Assembly (NCBI GenBank): GCA_044892505.1
Contig: CM097883.1
Location: forward strand, 86,924,001 to 86,988,000
DNA: 64,000 nt
From: Schmidtea nova
Lineage: Eukaryota
Reading direction: 5' to 3'
The notes beneath the pieces were generated by a model that was given only the letters and a program-made list of their open reading frames with translations, was not told the origin of the DNA and did no database searches. A program made the position numbers and the translations under genes. Of this stretch, positions 1 through 13,590 are shown one piece after another. The number at the start of each line of letters is the position of its first letter. Within the stretch, counting starts at the first letter, position 1.

Positions 1-62
<62 letters not shown>
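1..62 (+). repeat. (TAA)n microsatellite running off the window start
   Basis: Pure TAA repeat. Similar AAT tracts occur near 7360-7390, 15230-15290, 33818-33887 and 36691-36770. Confidence 0.95.
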
Positions 63-63
<1 letters not shown>

Positions 64-2423
64 CGAATTGCTTTGTCGTTAGCAGAGTTTATTAACATAT
101 AATAATAAAGTAATAATTATATATAATTATATATAAAAATTACCTTTCAATTACTTATAATATAATTATAATAAAAATTTACGAGTATGTTTTTCGTGCA
201 GTTGAAACAAAAGTATTTTATAGCGTTATTTCATTTTAAGCATTTGATAGAAACTATCTAGGTAAGTGATTGGCAGATACTATCTCAGTGATGGAAGTCC
301 GTAACAGACTAGGCGCCATAAATGGAAATTAGTTCATCGATTGAAATATCAAACCAGATTTTATTCCATAAATACTCGTAAATAAAATGTGCAAGTGCGA
401 AAATTTTTCTGTTTTTATCTCTCATCCAAAAATTGTTAAATTTTTGTATTTTTATTGATAAAGCAACGTTTTTAATTGAGACCTTCATAAATTATCTAAT
501 TAACACAAATTATAAACTTTTTTGCCATCGATTATTTTTAATTGTTTTCTCTGGCTAACTTTGAGTAAACATATTATTTGTCATTTTCTAGACATTCTGA
601 CATTTGACTTGGTTTTGTTCGATGGTCTGTTCGGTAAATTTGTAGTGAAGATTGTCAACAAGAACTATCTTATGATGCATTGTTTTGCGCATTTGAATGG
701 AGTGATTAATACCAGTGTATATTTTATCTTGTATTTATGTCATATGCGATTATCTCTATAATTTTTATTTTTTTACAGGCTTCTTGGGCCACCCAAAATA
801 TTTTCTCTCTTCATTATTATGGATTTTTTTTATCTTAAAGTGAAGTTTTTTTGTAATTTTAATTTATTATAATTTGACATATTTATTTTTATATACCTAG
901 CAAAATAGCAGAATTTTCATTAGAATAAAATTAAAAATTGGAATTGTTGCTTTTTGCAAAAATTGTAGTTCATTTTTTTGTGTTAATTTCCATCTTATAT
1001 TTGATCACTTTTTATTAAAGAAATTATATATTAAAGTACATAAACTAATATACTTTTTTGTATACTTTTTTCAAGTATACTTTTTTGTGTTTCAAAAAAT
1101 TTTAGTGTCCACAAAATTTAGTTTCTTTTTCAAATTAGGCCGCTATTTAATTTTTATATATTTTTAGTAATATAAATGATAACTAACTAATATTAAGTAT
1201 TAGTATGGCAGTATTTTTATTAAATAAATCAAAACATGAATTATAAAGAAACCAAAAAAGGGGATAAAATGCCGATTATTTTTACTACTTTTATCACTGA
1301 CAGGCTTTATACCTCTAAGCGCTTAATGGCAAACTTCTTAAAAGAGTGTAAAATGTCCTCTTAGCTTTATTCTTTATAAAGGTTTATTTGTCTTATTCAG
1401 TTTCCATTGTGAATTTCTTATCATTTTGCTTTGATAAATGTAAAAAATAATGAGAAAAGTCAGTCTGATTCAAAAAGCTTAGTTGCGAAGTTAATTATAA
1501 ATAAATTATAAAAGTGCATTGTAAAAATTACGTACTCTGGTTTGAAAGTTTTTGTAAATTTAATTAAACTGAAGTTTTATAAAATTATGGATATGTTAAA
1601 AAATTAAAGTAATTTATTAAAGATTAAGAACGTTGTGCTGATTATTTTTTATTTTATTTTATAAAACTGTCCAAAAACATTAAATTTACTGAGCAAATAT
1701 GCAAATATTGACTGACCTTTTATTATTAATTTTGACCAAAATATTATTTTATGCAGATATTTAATTTAATAAAATACTACTATTTATAATAAAAAAGACT
1801 AACTAAATAAATTGAAGTGTTAAAAAGAGTAAATTATAACATTTATTTTAACAACACAAAAGTCTCTCTGAGGAGTAGATCAAATGTGTGCAGTTATTCC
1901 TTATTTAAATAAGGAGTCAGACCAAAGGTTATCAACTTAAAAAAAATATCATCATATTTCATTATTTATTCTCATAAATACAGCTTCTCTATATTTTGAA
2001 TTGTTTTTTGTATTATCTGCAGTTGAGAAATCTTTATTTGAGATAAAACCTTTCACTTGGAGAACAGCCACATTATTTTGAAATTTTTTCAATTGCAGCT
2101 TCTTATGTGCTTGATCCAGGTAAATAAGATTCACTAGGATTTACGAATATGATTATAGTTTCACTAATCATAAATCTTGACCAACTTACAGTCGCCTTTT
2201 AATTTTCAATAAACAAACAAAGTTCTTTTCACTAGATTTGTAAACCAGCTGTATTTTATTATCGAAGTCTATGTGAGTATTGATATTATAGAGAATCATA
2301 TTATTAGGAGTTTTCATTTTTATACTATTTTGTTATCCATTTATATTCATAACAGAAAAATAGTTTAAAATTCATAGTTCTGGCACTTATGTGTAACATT
2401 AAAGTAACTCGACCCCGCCCGCA

Positions 2424-2461
<38 letters not shown>

Positions 2462-2780
2462 TCTTTTATATATAAATAAATCCAGGAAGAAGAGGGTCAC
2501 GAGGGTCTTTTGACATGGGTTTCTTAATTCAGTGGGCCTCCAAACAGCACTAGGTATGTCACACCTTTACGTAGAGCAACCAAAAAACTTGAAATTTAAA
2601 TTTAGCATTTCGAATTAATAAGTTCGTTAGCAGCTCTAAAGCCTCGAAAAGCGCTATTTTAAATTTTTCATTAAATTTTGTTTTTGTTTGTTATATTTTG
2701 AATTACATTTTATATTTTAATAATTTTTTTCGCAAAATAAAACAATTTTTAATTTTTTTTATTTATAGAGATATTAAAAG

Positions 2781-2783
<3 letters not shown>

Positions 2784-2863
<80 letters not shown>
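2784..2863 (+). repeat. (TA)n microsatellite
   Basis: About 40 TA units; explains the YIYIYI stretch in ORF 2698..2967. Confidence 0.95.
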
Positions 2864-2866
<3 letters not shown>

Positions 2867-5049
2867 AAGAATATCATCGTCCTAGCTCGCAAATCCATTT
2901 GTTTTTGCCCTCGAATCCCGGTCAGAATGCACAAATATTAAGGAAAAACTCCACATTAAAAGTTTAAAATAAATTATTGTTTTCAATTGAGGGCCAAGGC
3001 TTACTATATATCAACAATGGTAACTTAATAAAATTTGTTTACATTTCATCACCGTCTTAATACTTAATGATTGATAAAATATGAAATAATAAAACTAAAA
3101 TGTGCTTAGTTATTGTTAAGCACAACATTATGATAAATTAAGAAATTGTACGGCCCTTGGCTTCTCTGGGATTTTCGTATTTACCGGCCATTAAAAGGGT
3201 TTGAAATCTCTACTGTATCACCATATGTATAAGCAAAAATAGAGTTTCTGACGGTAAGCAACTAGTTTACCAATAAAAATTGAACCGAATATCTCATTAA
3301 AAATTTATTTTGATTCAATATCTTGTGCAGATAAAAAGATCATATTAACCCAGATGTTGCCAAAACTATTTTATTCAAAAAAAAACATAAAATTAGTAAA
3401 ATCTTATTTAAAGTAGCTAAATAAAGTATACAAAATCAAGAATAAACAAAGAAGTTAACTGGTCAAGACTTGTAATTGTGATGTGCTAAACACATTCTTA
3501 TTATAGATATCTCTAAATAACTAGCGTATGCAAAATAAAAAATATATATAAGGAGCGTTCTTTTAAAAGGACGGTGGCAACATTTGGGTTAAGTCTTATT
3601 TATTGCTGTCATTATTTTAATTTATCTTTCAAAAGCCAGTCTGGTCGACTTTCCAAATGAAAGGCTCAAATAGTGAATAGATTATTAATAAAATGTTGAT
3701 AATTGGAATCGATTTTGCACCCAATATTTTCTCATTCTTCTTTGTTATTTGTGAACATAATTTTGTTTTTGTGTAAACAAACTTGTAGCTCTATTCATTG
3801 AACTTAAAATGAAAAATATTGATCGAAAAGTGCTAATTTATTGACCGATATATAATTGTTGATCATATCTTGCTGATTATATTCATATGAAACTATTTAC
3901 GATATCTTAATAAAAGTGCAATTTATTTATCAATGAACTATTTTATTTGACAGAACTGCAAAATATTTATTAATAACATTTTATTGGTTTTTGATTTTTT
4001 TTCAATAAACTAATTTTGATTTGTTATTGCAAATTGTTTTAATGAGCTTCAGTTCTATGAAAATATTTCTGATAGTGAATCATGGATAACCTGTTGTCAT
4101 GTATTACGTAATGTATGACTCGTATACTTTGTTACTGTGCTTCCTGACTATTCAATGCCACTGCATTCAGCTGCAGCGACTGGCCAATCAATGAGATGCT
4201 TATTAACTCTATCATTGTCTACGATAATTGGAATCAAATTCGTAATAGAATTTTTTTTTAGTTTAACTCCGGGAATTCTTCTTCGTGATTACAAGATAAT
4301 AATAATTATACATTGACAAGCTTCAAATGTAAATATATTTTTCTATATTCTAGCGCACTTTATTTTAATTAATTGATTAAATAATAACAGAAAATAATTC
4401 AAAATTTTTTTTCGCATTCGGAATTTTTTGCAAAGTATTTTTTTATTTCAAAAAATTAATAAAATTATCAACTAATAATACGAGTTTGTTTTTTATATTA
4501 TAATTGATTTAAACAAATTTATTAATATTCAGTGAATTCTGTTTAATTTTTCAATTCATAAGATGATGAATTTTATCAAAACTAAGAATTAAATTGTTAA
4601 AAAGAAATTTAAGGCATTTTCCATAAAAATTATTGGATAATAAATTACATTATCTGTAACTATAAAGCACACTAAACTTGGCTGCTAGAGTTTATCAATA
4701 TTTTAAAAATTTTTGAAATGAAAATCTATAAATATCTCATTATAACAAAAAATGAACTTTTAAAATAAACGGCTCAATTGTTATAATATTGTGTAATTAA
4801 AAATAAAAGTATGTGTGTCATAAAATATATTTTGAAGAATTATGAAATTTGTCGAATTCACAGCGATTCACTAAATATTAAATGAAAATCTACATATGGT
4901 ACAAGATTTCATCCATTTCATTTCTTTACCCTTTTATCGTGGAAAATATTTTCGAAAACCGTGAAATTTTACCTTAGTCTCAATTTGATAGATTATACCA
5001 TGTTTTTAGTGGAAATACCTGGTCACATAGAAATTATAAACAAAATAAA

Positions 5050-5945
5050 AATTTTTTTTTCGGGGTGAAATATACGTATAATAAGGATTCATTTCCGTCA
5101 AATAGAGTTTTACAATCATTTTCTATTCATGAGGTATTGTTTTATTCTGTTTAGGTAATGCCTGGCGTCGATTGACACCAAGGAATTCTAGCATTGTAAT
5201 AAATTCTACCATTTTAGTAAACATAACTATTCTTTTAATGAAGCAATGATCATCGGGATATCATAGAAGTAGTTTATGCATTTTCAGACGTTTCTTTTTC
5301 TTTTACCCTCAGTGAAAATTGTGTTATTTCTTAATGACTTACACAATTAATTTTCATAATTCTAAGGAATATGAAACTTTATGGACAACGTTTTAACATT
5401 TCGAGTTGATATTTTAGCATTAATCATTCAAATCCAAATATTCAAATTGAGATCCGTTAATGTAAAATTGCACATCATTTTTACCGCCTGTAATAGAATT
5501 CATAGGAAATACTTCTTCAAATGCTCCATATTCAATAACTGCTTGAGGTGAGGTCGGTTAAAAAGACAATTCAGATTTACCACAAATCATTTTCAAATAT
5601 AGTTCCATGTCCTTTCATTCGATTGTTTAGATACCTTCGATGCTTTATACGTCTAGCTCCAACTTGTTGAGGTTCATTTTTATTAAACATACTTTCAACA
5701 TTAGGAATCATACTAGTCACGATAGGCATTTGTTTTTAGTGATGGCAATATTTTCTGATCATTCATGATCACATCTTTTGCAGTTTTTAATCCAAAGCTA
5801 CCTATTCTCATAAGAATTGGGAGTGCAAATCTCCCTTTAATTTAAACCAACCTGATTCATACTGTTTACCTGCAAAATATGGTAACTCACAATATAATAG
5901 GTGTATCCTTTTAACATTCGTAATGTCCATGAGTTCCATATCATT
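5050..5945 (-). pseudogene. Polinton/Maverick relic: degenerate small basic ORF followed by the major capsid protein N-terminus
   Basis: Minus strand from ATG at 5590 reads MICGKSELSF*PTSPQAVIEYGAFEEVFPMNSITGGKNDVQFYINGSQFEYLDLND*. This resembles the Polinton MCP start (C.KSEL.LF..PPTQ..IE....E..P.......IEF.I.G....Y.DL). Upstream (about 5890-5720), ELPYFAGKQYESGWFKLK/RFALPILMRIGSFGLKTAKDVIMND resembles the small ORF that precedes MCP. Stops and frameshifts are present; the left boundary is approximate. Confidence 0.75.
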
Positions 5946-6739
5946 TATATAAGATTTTCATTTTATTAATGCTATAGAATCTATATAAATATTTTTATTT
6001 TATTATAATTTCAATAAAACTTTGAATTATTTAATGTAATTTAAATTTACACAATAAAATAGTAAATTTATCATTAACATTTATTTTGCATTTTAATTAA
6101 AGGCATGAAATGTAGTTAGAAAGACATGGTACTTTATTATTTTATATAACCTATTCATGTTTCTAAGTAACAAATTAATTATAGCATGTTTGTTGATTGT
6201 AGTTATTTTAATAAAATAAAAAATACTACTCGGCGCATCAGACTGTCGATAAATAATATTTAGGTAATTTTGGGCACGAACACGTAAAAAGGTTCGTCAC
6301 TACTCCTTCTTTACTCTCTCTATATTAACTTCGCATTTGATTAATTGATTGATTGTGCCACATAAATTTTGCGACGGCAAATTAAACACAAGTAGATTTA
6401 ATGTCGAGAACACTGTATGCTATCAAAATTTCAGATTGGTCCGATCACGGAAAGTGGGTTAATTTAAAAATATTGATATGTTAAATCTTTCCTTATTTCA
6501 ATATAAATTCTTATCTATACATTGTCTTCGGATTAAAGAGATAACGTAATTATATCTAAAATATGTTATATAAGTTTGAATAAATATTTCATAGCATTGA
6601 GAACGCATATTGAAATTTCAGTTTTGATAAAAATTAAGAGAGTGAAAAGAGAGTTTTAAAAACTATGTTTTTACGGTTAAATTATTTCATGTTTTTTCTA
6701 AACATACACAAACTGTCGACCCAGAAGTCTATTCAAGGA

Positions 6740-6860
6740 AAAAATCACTTGAGAAAGGCTGTGCCGAAAATTCGTGTAAGTTTTAAAAATATTTTGATCA
6801 ATAATTTATAAAATGAAAATGAAAATTTCTGAAATAGAAATTAAAAGATCAAAGATAAAA
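6740..6860. repeat. Palindromic family, diverged right arm
   Basis: cacttgagaaaggctgtgccgaaaattcgtgt...aaaagatcaaagataaaa matches the right arm of the 25295 copy. Confidence 0.6.
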
Positions 6861-7357
6861 TTCAGATATGATAATGATTTATATCAGAAACGAATGAGAA
6901 AGCCCTTTGATTTATTAATAAATGTTAAATTCTGTTGTAATCATATTTTATTATGAAGTTTATTATGAAATCAAATGTAAATATACTTTTTTTCAAATTG
7001 TCACTAATTGAAACAAGCATATATATCGACAAAATCTAAACTAAATAAATAGAGATAGAACAAAAAATAATGAAAATTCCAACTTCTATTCATTAAGAAT
7101 TTTATTAATAGATTGCAATTGTATCTGAGCGTAGTTTTGTTTTCCTAGCTAGGCGTGTTATATCTGGGGCTAGATTTCAAGGGAAAATAAATAAAAAATA
7201 GAGCTTGTTTGCTGTTCTTTTATTGACAAAAAACTCTGCAATTGTTTAACAAAAAAATTAGACTATTATAACAAAGAATATAAAATTGTTCTAGACATTT
7301 TTCTTAATTATTTAGAATACAGAGAGATAAAAGATTATTATTAATAATAATAATGAT

Positions 7358-7390
<33 letters not shown>

Positions 7391-7391
<1 letters not shown>

Positions 7392-8420
7392 CTTTCATCA
7401 GTGACCGAATAAATTTCATGACCATCAAAGAACTTAATCTCACTGGCCTTCCGATTCGTTTGGCACATAGATCTAAGGCATTAAGTCAAGCCCTAGTTAA
7501 CAACACGAGAAAAGAAAATACGTGTAAGATGGAAAATTGCTAAACACCAAAGAAAATATGCTTTCGCAAGAACATTGTCTATAGCATCATGTGTAATAAA
7601 TGCGAAGAAATTTACATCGGAAACACCCTTTGGACTTTGCATCAGAGAATTAAAGAACATCTTGATCCCGGTGGAAAGTCATCTGTATGTAGACATCTTC
7701 ACCAATGTCAGACAGAAAATAAGGAAAAATTAATATCAGTGAGAATATTGACAAACGAAAACGACGAGAAAAATCTCAGACTTAAAGAAGCTATTCTCAT
7801 TAGAGACAAACTCCCAAAAATTAACTCTAAAGAGGAAGTTAGCAAAATCGCCCACTTACTATCTTGTTAAAAAAATATATGTGGTTCTACAAATAAGAAA
7901 GTATAAAAGTAAAAGGAAGATATAAAAAAGGAGAAAGAAAAGTGATAGTACAGAGAATTTATGGGCATTTCAAAGAGATATAATATAATTAAATTGTAAA
8001 ACTATAAAAAAAAATAAATTCAAATATTAAGGGTTGGAAAATTAAAAATGTAGAATACAGACAATAAAATTTTAAGAATTTTAAATTTAAAAAAGGATAA
8101 ATTTATTTATTCGAAAAGAAATTTAGAAAAAGTTTTAAAAATTTTAGAGTTTTTATTTTATATTTTTAAATTTATAACAAAAAACATTTAAAAAACAATT
8201 AAGAATTTAAAAATTTATTAATCAGAAAAACATCCAATGAAAAGGAAGAGAAATCACGAAAAAAGAAACAACAGAATGAATGAAGATACCAGTTATTTGC
8301 CGAATTAGAGATTGACGAGGATTATTTGATAATCGAAATTTTTCTCATTTAATAAAATTGTTTTTTGCAGCAAAGGCTTATTTTGTTACTTATTTATTAA
8401 TTTATTTAATACTTAAGGCT
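7391..8420 (+). mobile_element. 5'-truncated, degenerate Penelope-like element, family B (linker + GIY-YIG + 3' region)
   Basis: Reads IPFISDRINF...GLPIRLAHRSKAL...TCKMENC*TPKKICFRKNIVYSIMCNKCEEIYIGNT...RIKEH...SSVCRHL...LRLKEAILIRDKLPKINSKEE*, a PLE GIY-YIG with CxxC/HH residues and a Cys-rich linker. Starts at an AAT tract, ends at an N-gap, and is homologous to 27880-28850. Confidence 0.85.
8304..8353 (+). ncRNA. Degenerate minimal hammerhead-like motif (PLE family B)
   Basis: TTGACGA-G-GATTAT-TTG-ATAATC-GAAA-TTTT-TCTC: core with U at position 3, 6 bp stem II, GAAA, and GAGA/TCTC stem I. Confidence 0.45.
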
Positions 8421-9382
8421 NNNNNNNNNNNNNNNNNNNNNNNNNNNNNNNNNNNNNNNNNNNNNNNNNNNNNNNNNNNNNNNNNNNNNNNNNNNNNNNN
8501 NNNNNNNNNNNNNNNNNNNNNNNNNNNNNNNNNNNNNNNNNNNNNNNNNNNNNNNNNNNNNNNNNNNNNNNNNNNNNNNNNNNNNNNNNNNNNNNNNNNN
8601 NNNNNNNNNTGTATTATTTTAATACATTGTGTTTTTAAAGTTATTAATAATGATACACCGTAAAAGAAAAAATTAAGGGAGTATGTAAACAAAAATGTTA
8701 TCAATCATAAATATTGTAATCCGATGATTGAATTGTGGTGAAGCGTTAAAACAAACAAAAATTCAAATAAATAAATAAATTATTATAATTAATGACCAAT
8801 CACATTGATTGTAGACTGTATAGAGAAATAATTTCACTATTTTAATAATAGAATGCAATAGAAATAGAATGAAAAGCATCAATACAGCAAGCAACTTGTA
8901 GAGATTTCACTTTCCCTTATCATTCGTCTAGAAAAGTGTAATTGGCTATGTGCAAGCCCTGCCAGCTGGTCTCCCAGACACACAACAGCAATGCTAATAG
9001 AACTATGGCAGAATGAAATTCTACTGAAATTTAATTTTACAAATTTATTTCACAGCAATTTTATCGCTAGAAATATTTCCTGGATTTTCTTTTATAATTC
9101 GATCTTTAAATGTTGATTGTATAATTGTAGCCGAAAATATTTCATTTGATTTATCGTGTTGGTCTATTTTTAGTCTTAAATTCTATCATGGCATTGAAAT
9201 TGGATATTATTTTAAATTTTTTTATTGTAGGGTTTTGTGAATACTGCAGGCAGGCCCATTGAATTGGTTGATGGATTATTTGTTTTAATTATTAGCAATA
9301 TTCCAATAAAAACTCTGGTTGTTTTTATTTGTCACACATAAATGTTTCTATCAAAATATTTGTTTAAATGTTTACATATGTT

Positions 9383-9413
<31 letters not shown>

Positions 9414-9575
9414 ATTTAATATAGTAACCAACTACATTAATTTTGCACCAATCTAACAATTGTAAGAATTATTTTTTTATTAAATTCGAAAATTAATTTT
9501 AACAGAAATAACCGGTTCCAATGTGTTAAATTATTTTAACGAAATTATTTTAATAGCTTAACGGTAAAACTTTAA

Positions 9576-9731
9576 CCCATTATCCGCATAGGTTATAAAT
9601 TTATATGTTCAATACTTTTACAAGTTAAGCAACATTGAAACAAAAAAATAATTTGAAAACTAGAATCCTTTTTTAAGTGAAAAAATATAAAATATTCAAA
9701 TCGTAATTTGGGGATTGTGGTGGCGAATGGG
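9576..9731. mobile_element. piggyBac-like MITE
   Basis: TTAA|CCCATTATCCGC ... GGCGAATGGG|TTAA: CCC-starting TIRs and TTAA on both sides. Confidence 0.6.
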
Positions 9732-11402
9732 TTAAATTACGTGTAGCGCTATCACCTTTGTTCTACCAAAAAAGGTTAAAATCTATAAAATATGTTTTAT
9801 TCTATTTTGTAAACAAATGAGTATGAAATATTTTTATAATTGTATTTTATATACATTAATTATAATATATAATGTTTTAGATATTTTTTTTATTTAAAAT
9901 GATTTTTTATAATAATTTTTAAAAATTATTTTAATAAAACTTAATTTTATTATTTTTTTTATTTAATATTAAATTTTGCAATATTTTAATTTAATTAAAT
10001 TAAGATATATTTTAAAAATTCCTAATATCTACTAACATATTTGCTTGTGTTAAATCTATTAGGAAAACCATCTTTTTACTTGACATTTTAATTGATTATT
10101 TTAAATTGTTTAATTTAACGAATTTTATAGAATAAATAAATTAAATAAATACAAAAATTAAATTAAATTAAATATTAATTTTTTTAAACTCGCTTTAGAT
10201 TCAGAAAATATTGTTGAAATATAGTTTATCGGGTTTTAACATTATATACGACAAAAAAATATTTTTTTTTCAATTGAAAAAAAAAATATTTTTAATTTAT
10301 ATAATTTAATTTGTTTTCTATTGTTCACCCGAAAAGATCTAAACATTTTTCTTCAACAATTTCCAAGTAGTATTTCTTTTAATATTACTTTTATAATTTT
10401 TGTAAATCAACCAAAACATAATAAATAATTAAATATTGTAACATAAACAAAAACTTTTATTTATATTTTTATTGTAACTATTGATATGTAATGTTAGATG
10501 ACCATTTCTAAAGAAGAAACTGAAATGGTACGAAATATTTGGATATATGAAATATTTAAAACTACTAAATTTCTAATATTTCGATCTAAATAATTAAATG
10601 ATGGTCATTTAGTAAAGGTTCTGTACATCAAATGAACTCAAAAAGGTTTCTTTGCTTATTAAGAAGACTCGCTTAATTAAGCAGAATATAAATAAATAAG
10701 AGACTGCTAGTCTGCATCCTTAAAGTCAAGGAAAGACGTAAAGAATTCACAAACTGGAGTTAGTTTTAAAGCAAGAGTATTTTGTGGTTGAAATTTGAAA
10801 AATCGAGAACAATTAAACATATTGTTTATATCGAAATGTTGGTGATCTTTTCTCTAGTTTAGTGTCTTTGTGGCTCATAATTTCAATTATTCTCCGAAAG
10901 ATTTCTTTTTTTAAGTCCAGTAGAGAAATATTTATGGAATTTATTCTTCATATATATGTAATAAAACAGTAATGCATTGGCTTCTTTTATTTTATTAATA
11001 ACTTATTAATATTAGGTGTAAACCCTTAAAATACTGCATACTTTTTGGCAACACTAATAACGAGGGACCCCGCGTTATTTTAAGATGAAGAAAGTTGATA
11101 TATTTCAATCGTTTGACCAATTAGAGTAAAAAACAGAAATTCAGTTGCCCCGTCCTGAACAAGTGTGCAAAATTGATTAATATAAAATTATTTTTATATA
11201 ATTTATTTTTACGATAAAAATGTTTTTGTAACAAAATATTTTACATTGTCAAAAATGACAAAAACTAAATTAAGGAATTCGTTTCATTTTTCAGTTGTTA
11301 CAGATGCGAAAGGTTTTGATTATTAGTTAATGGACCTACTTACCTTTTAACGTCCTCATGTTAGCAATTAGACATTTCAAAATTGACAGAAAATACTAAT
11401 GA

Positions 11403-11442
<40 letters not shown>

Positions 11443-12284
11443 TGTGTGTATATATATAATATTTTCCATTAACTTATTTCAAAACAAATTTTATGATCAA
11501 ATTTATCGTCGATAATTAGGTGTATTTATTAGCTTTCTATTGGTAATAATAGAACGAAATTATGGTCTCGGAAACTATGAAACTAAATTGGCAGTAATTG
11601 CATGTGAAATACATATTTTGTTATACATTTATCAGTTTCATTCACCTTTATTCACATGAATGATCCTGAATAGATAATGTTGGACGCTTTTTCTATAATT
11701 CTTAAGTACCTAATATGCTATTAATACTATTAATGACTTAGTGTAATATTATTGCTCTTGGAATACTAAGTTTCAGAAGTTTTATAATCTGAAAAACTGT
11801 AAATTAAAAACTGCTACCCATCATTAAAATTTTCGATCTTTATCACCTTTGATAATTTTTCGAATTTATTAATTTTAATATTTTAGACAATAGATCGAAA
11901 ATAATTTTCTATTTAATAGAAAGTTTCGTCACTGAAAATAATATTGAAAAATTAATTCCGAAAATTTATGTTAAATAATAAAAAAATGTTTTGATCTTTT
12001 TTTCTAATAAAAATGAAAATAAAAAAACTATCTATAATAAATATTTAAATAATAAGCTGTTTAAAAAAATCTAAAATTAACGTTAAATGACATTTTTAAT
12101 TGATTTCAGTTTTTATTTTATAAGAAGAAATATAATAAAACATTAAAAAGCATAGAATTTGATGTTTAGCAAAACTTGTCAATAGTTTAAAATTAAATAT
12201 TAAAATTTGTTTAATTATAAATAAATTTAATAAATATCTGAGGTTTTTAGTATGATATTTTGTGAAAGCAAAATAACCAAAAAA

Positions 12285-12385
12285 GATTGATATCAATAAT
12301 TCCCATAATGATTAGACTATAGATCAAAATTTCTTTAAACAAGTACACAATATTTCGGCACAGCCTTTATCAAGTGTTTATTTGT
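12285..12385. repeat. Palindromic family, left arm only
   Basis: atcaataattcccataatg...gactatagatcaaaa...cacaatatttcggcacagcctttatcaagtgtttattt; homology stops at the palindrome centre. Confidence 0.85.
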
Positions 12386-12550
12386 GTGTATATCATCAAA
12401 TATAAAAATTAATTGTTTGAATAATATCAACATTTTGAGTTGTGTTTAAAAAAGTTTTCGAAATTATGGATGTTCTTAATTTATGAAACCAAACAAATAA
12501 TAACAATAGAAGTAATGGGATGTGAGTCCGCTGGACCAACCTTCCTAAAG

Positions 12551-13436
12551 GTACCCGAAAAACGTGAAATTTTAGTATACCCCTCAATAAAAAATCAAAG
12601 ACCCCTCCACAAAAAAATTAAGGACACCCCACTATTTTATAGTGACCCCTCTACAATTTTTAGAGACCCCCATAATTTTTTCATTTCTTTATTTACAACT
12701 CTTTTCCTTAGAATTTACAAAGCTTATATCTTGTTCTACGAAGTTTTTGCTATGAAGTTTTGAATAAATTTACAGTATTTTCCAAGTCGAAATTCCACAC
12801 ACAACTAGAAAACAGTGTTTAAATTATAATCAATAGAATCTAATTCATTAATACTTACAATAAAACTAGATAATTTCATCATGGATTTATCATATCCGAA
12901 CAAATTAATAAAATCTTCAATTAATTTTATATTGAATAATTTTAAATAATTTTAAAATAATTTTGAAAGATGATATAAAATTTTTCAAATCATGTCAGAA
13001 GTTTATCCAAAATAAAAAATGATTGACACCATTTTTCAAAAGTAGTTTCTTTGAAATTATCTGTTTTTTTTGTTTCTCGATTTATTTTTTGGATTGGTCT
13101 GTTAGGTTTTCAATTAAATATATAAGGCACGGCTATAAATACTAATGATGATAATTTTGATTTATTTTTACAATATTTTTTTTAATATATTTTGTAAATT
13201 ATTTATGCCAACTTGTAGAGTACATGTTTCCGAATTGAGCAAGCTCTAAATCTTGTAAATTTATCAAGGAAAATAGGGGCAAATAAAGAAATGAAAAATT
13301 TTTGGGGGGGGTCAAATTTATTTTAGGGGGTATTAAGGAGTTCAAAAGTTTTGGGGACCTGGAAAAATTTTGTAAAGGGTCTCCGAAAAATATTGTGGGG
13401 GAGGGGTATACCAAGATTTCATTTTTTATTAGGTAC
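12551..13436. mobile_element. Non-autonomous TIR element with G/C-run subterminal repeats
   Basis: GAAATTTTAGTATACCCCTC (12566-12585) is inverted relative to GAGGGGTATACCAAGATTTC (13401-13420). Subterminal gacccc/ggggtc motifs; no clear TSD; superfamily unassigned. Confidence 0.5.
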
Positions 13437-13439
13437 ACA

Positions 13440-13590
13440 CTATTTCAACACAACCTTAATCGATAAAGACTGTCGAAATATCGTGTATCTAACAACAACA
13501 AAAATCTTGATCTATATTATTACAAAAACTCATGTTAAAATTATTAAATTAAAAAAGAGATCAAAGATGAAACCAAAAGATAATTATAAT
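13440..13590. repeat. Palindromic family, diverged right arm
   Basis: gataaagactgtcgaaatatcgtgta...ttgatctata...aaaaagagatcaaagatgaaaccaaaagataat. Confidence 0.7.

Noticed and set aside
2698-2967. ORF with YIYIYI repeat
   Set aside because: It is a (TA)n microsatellite.
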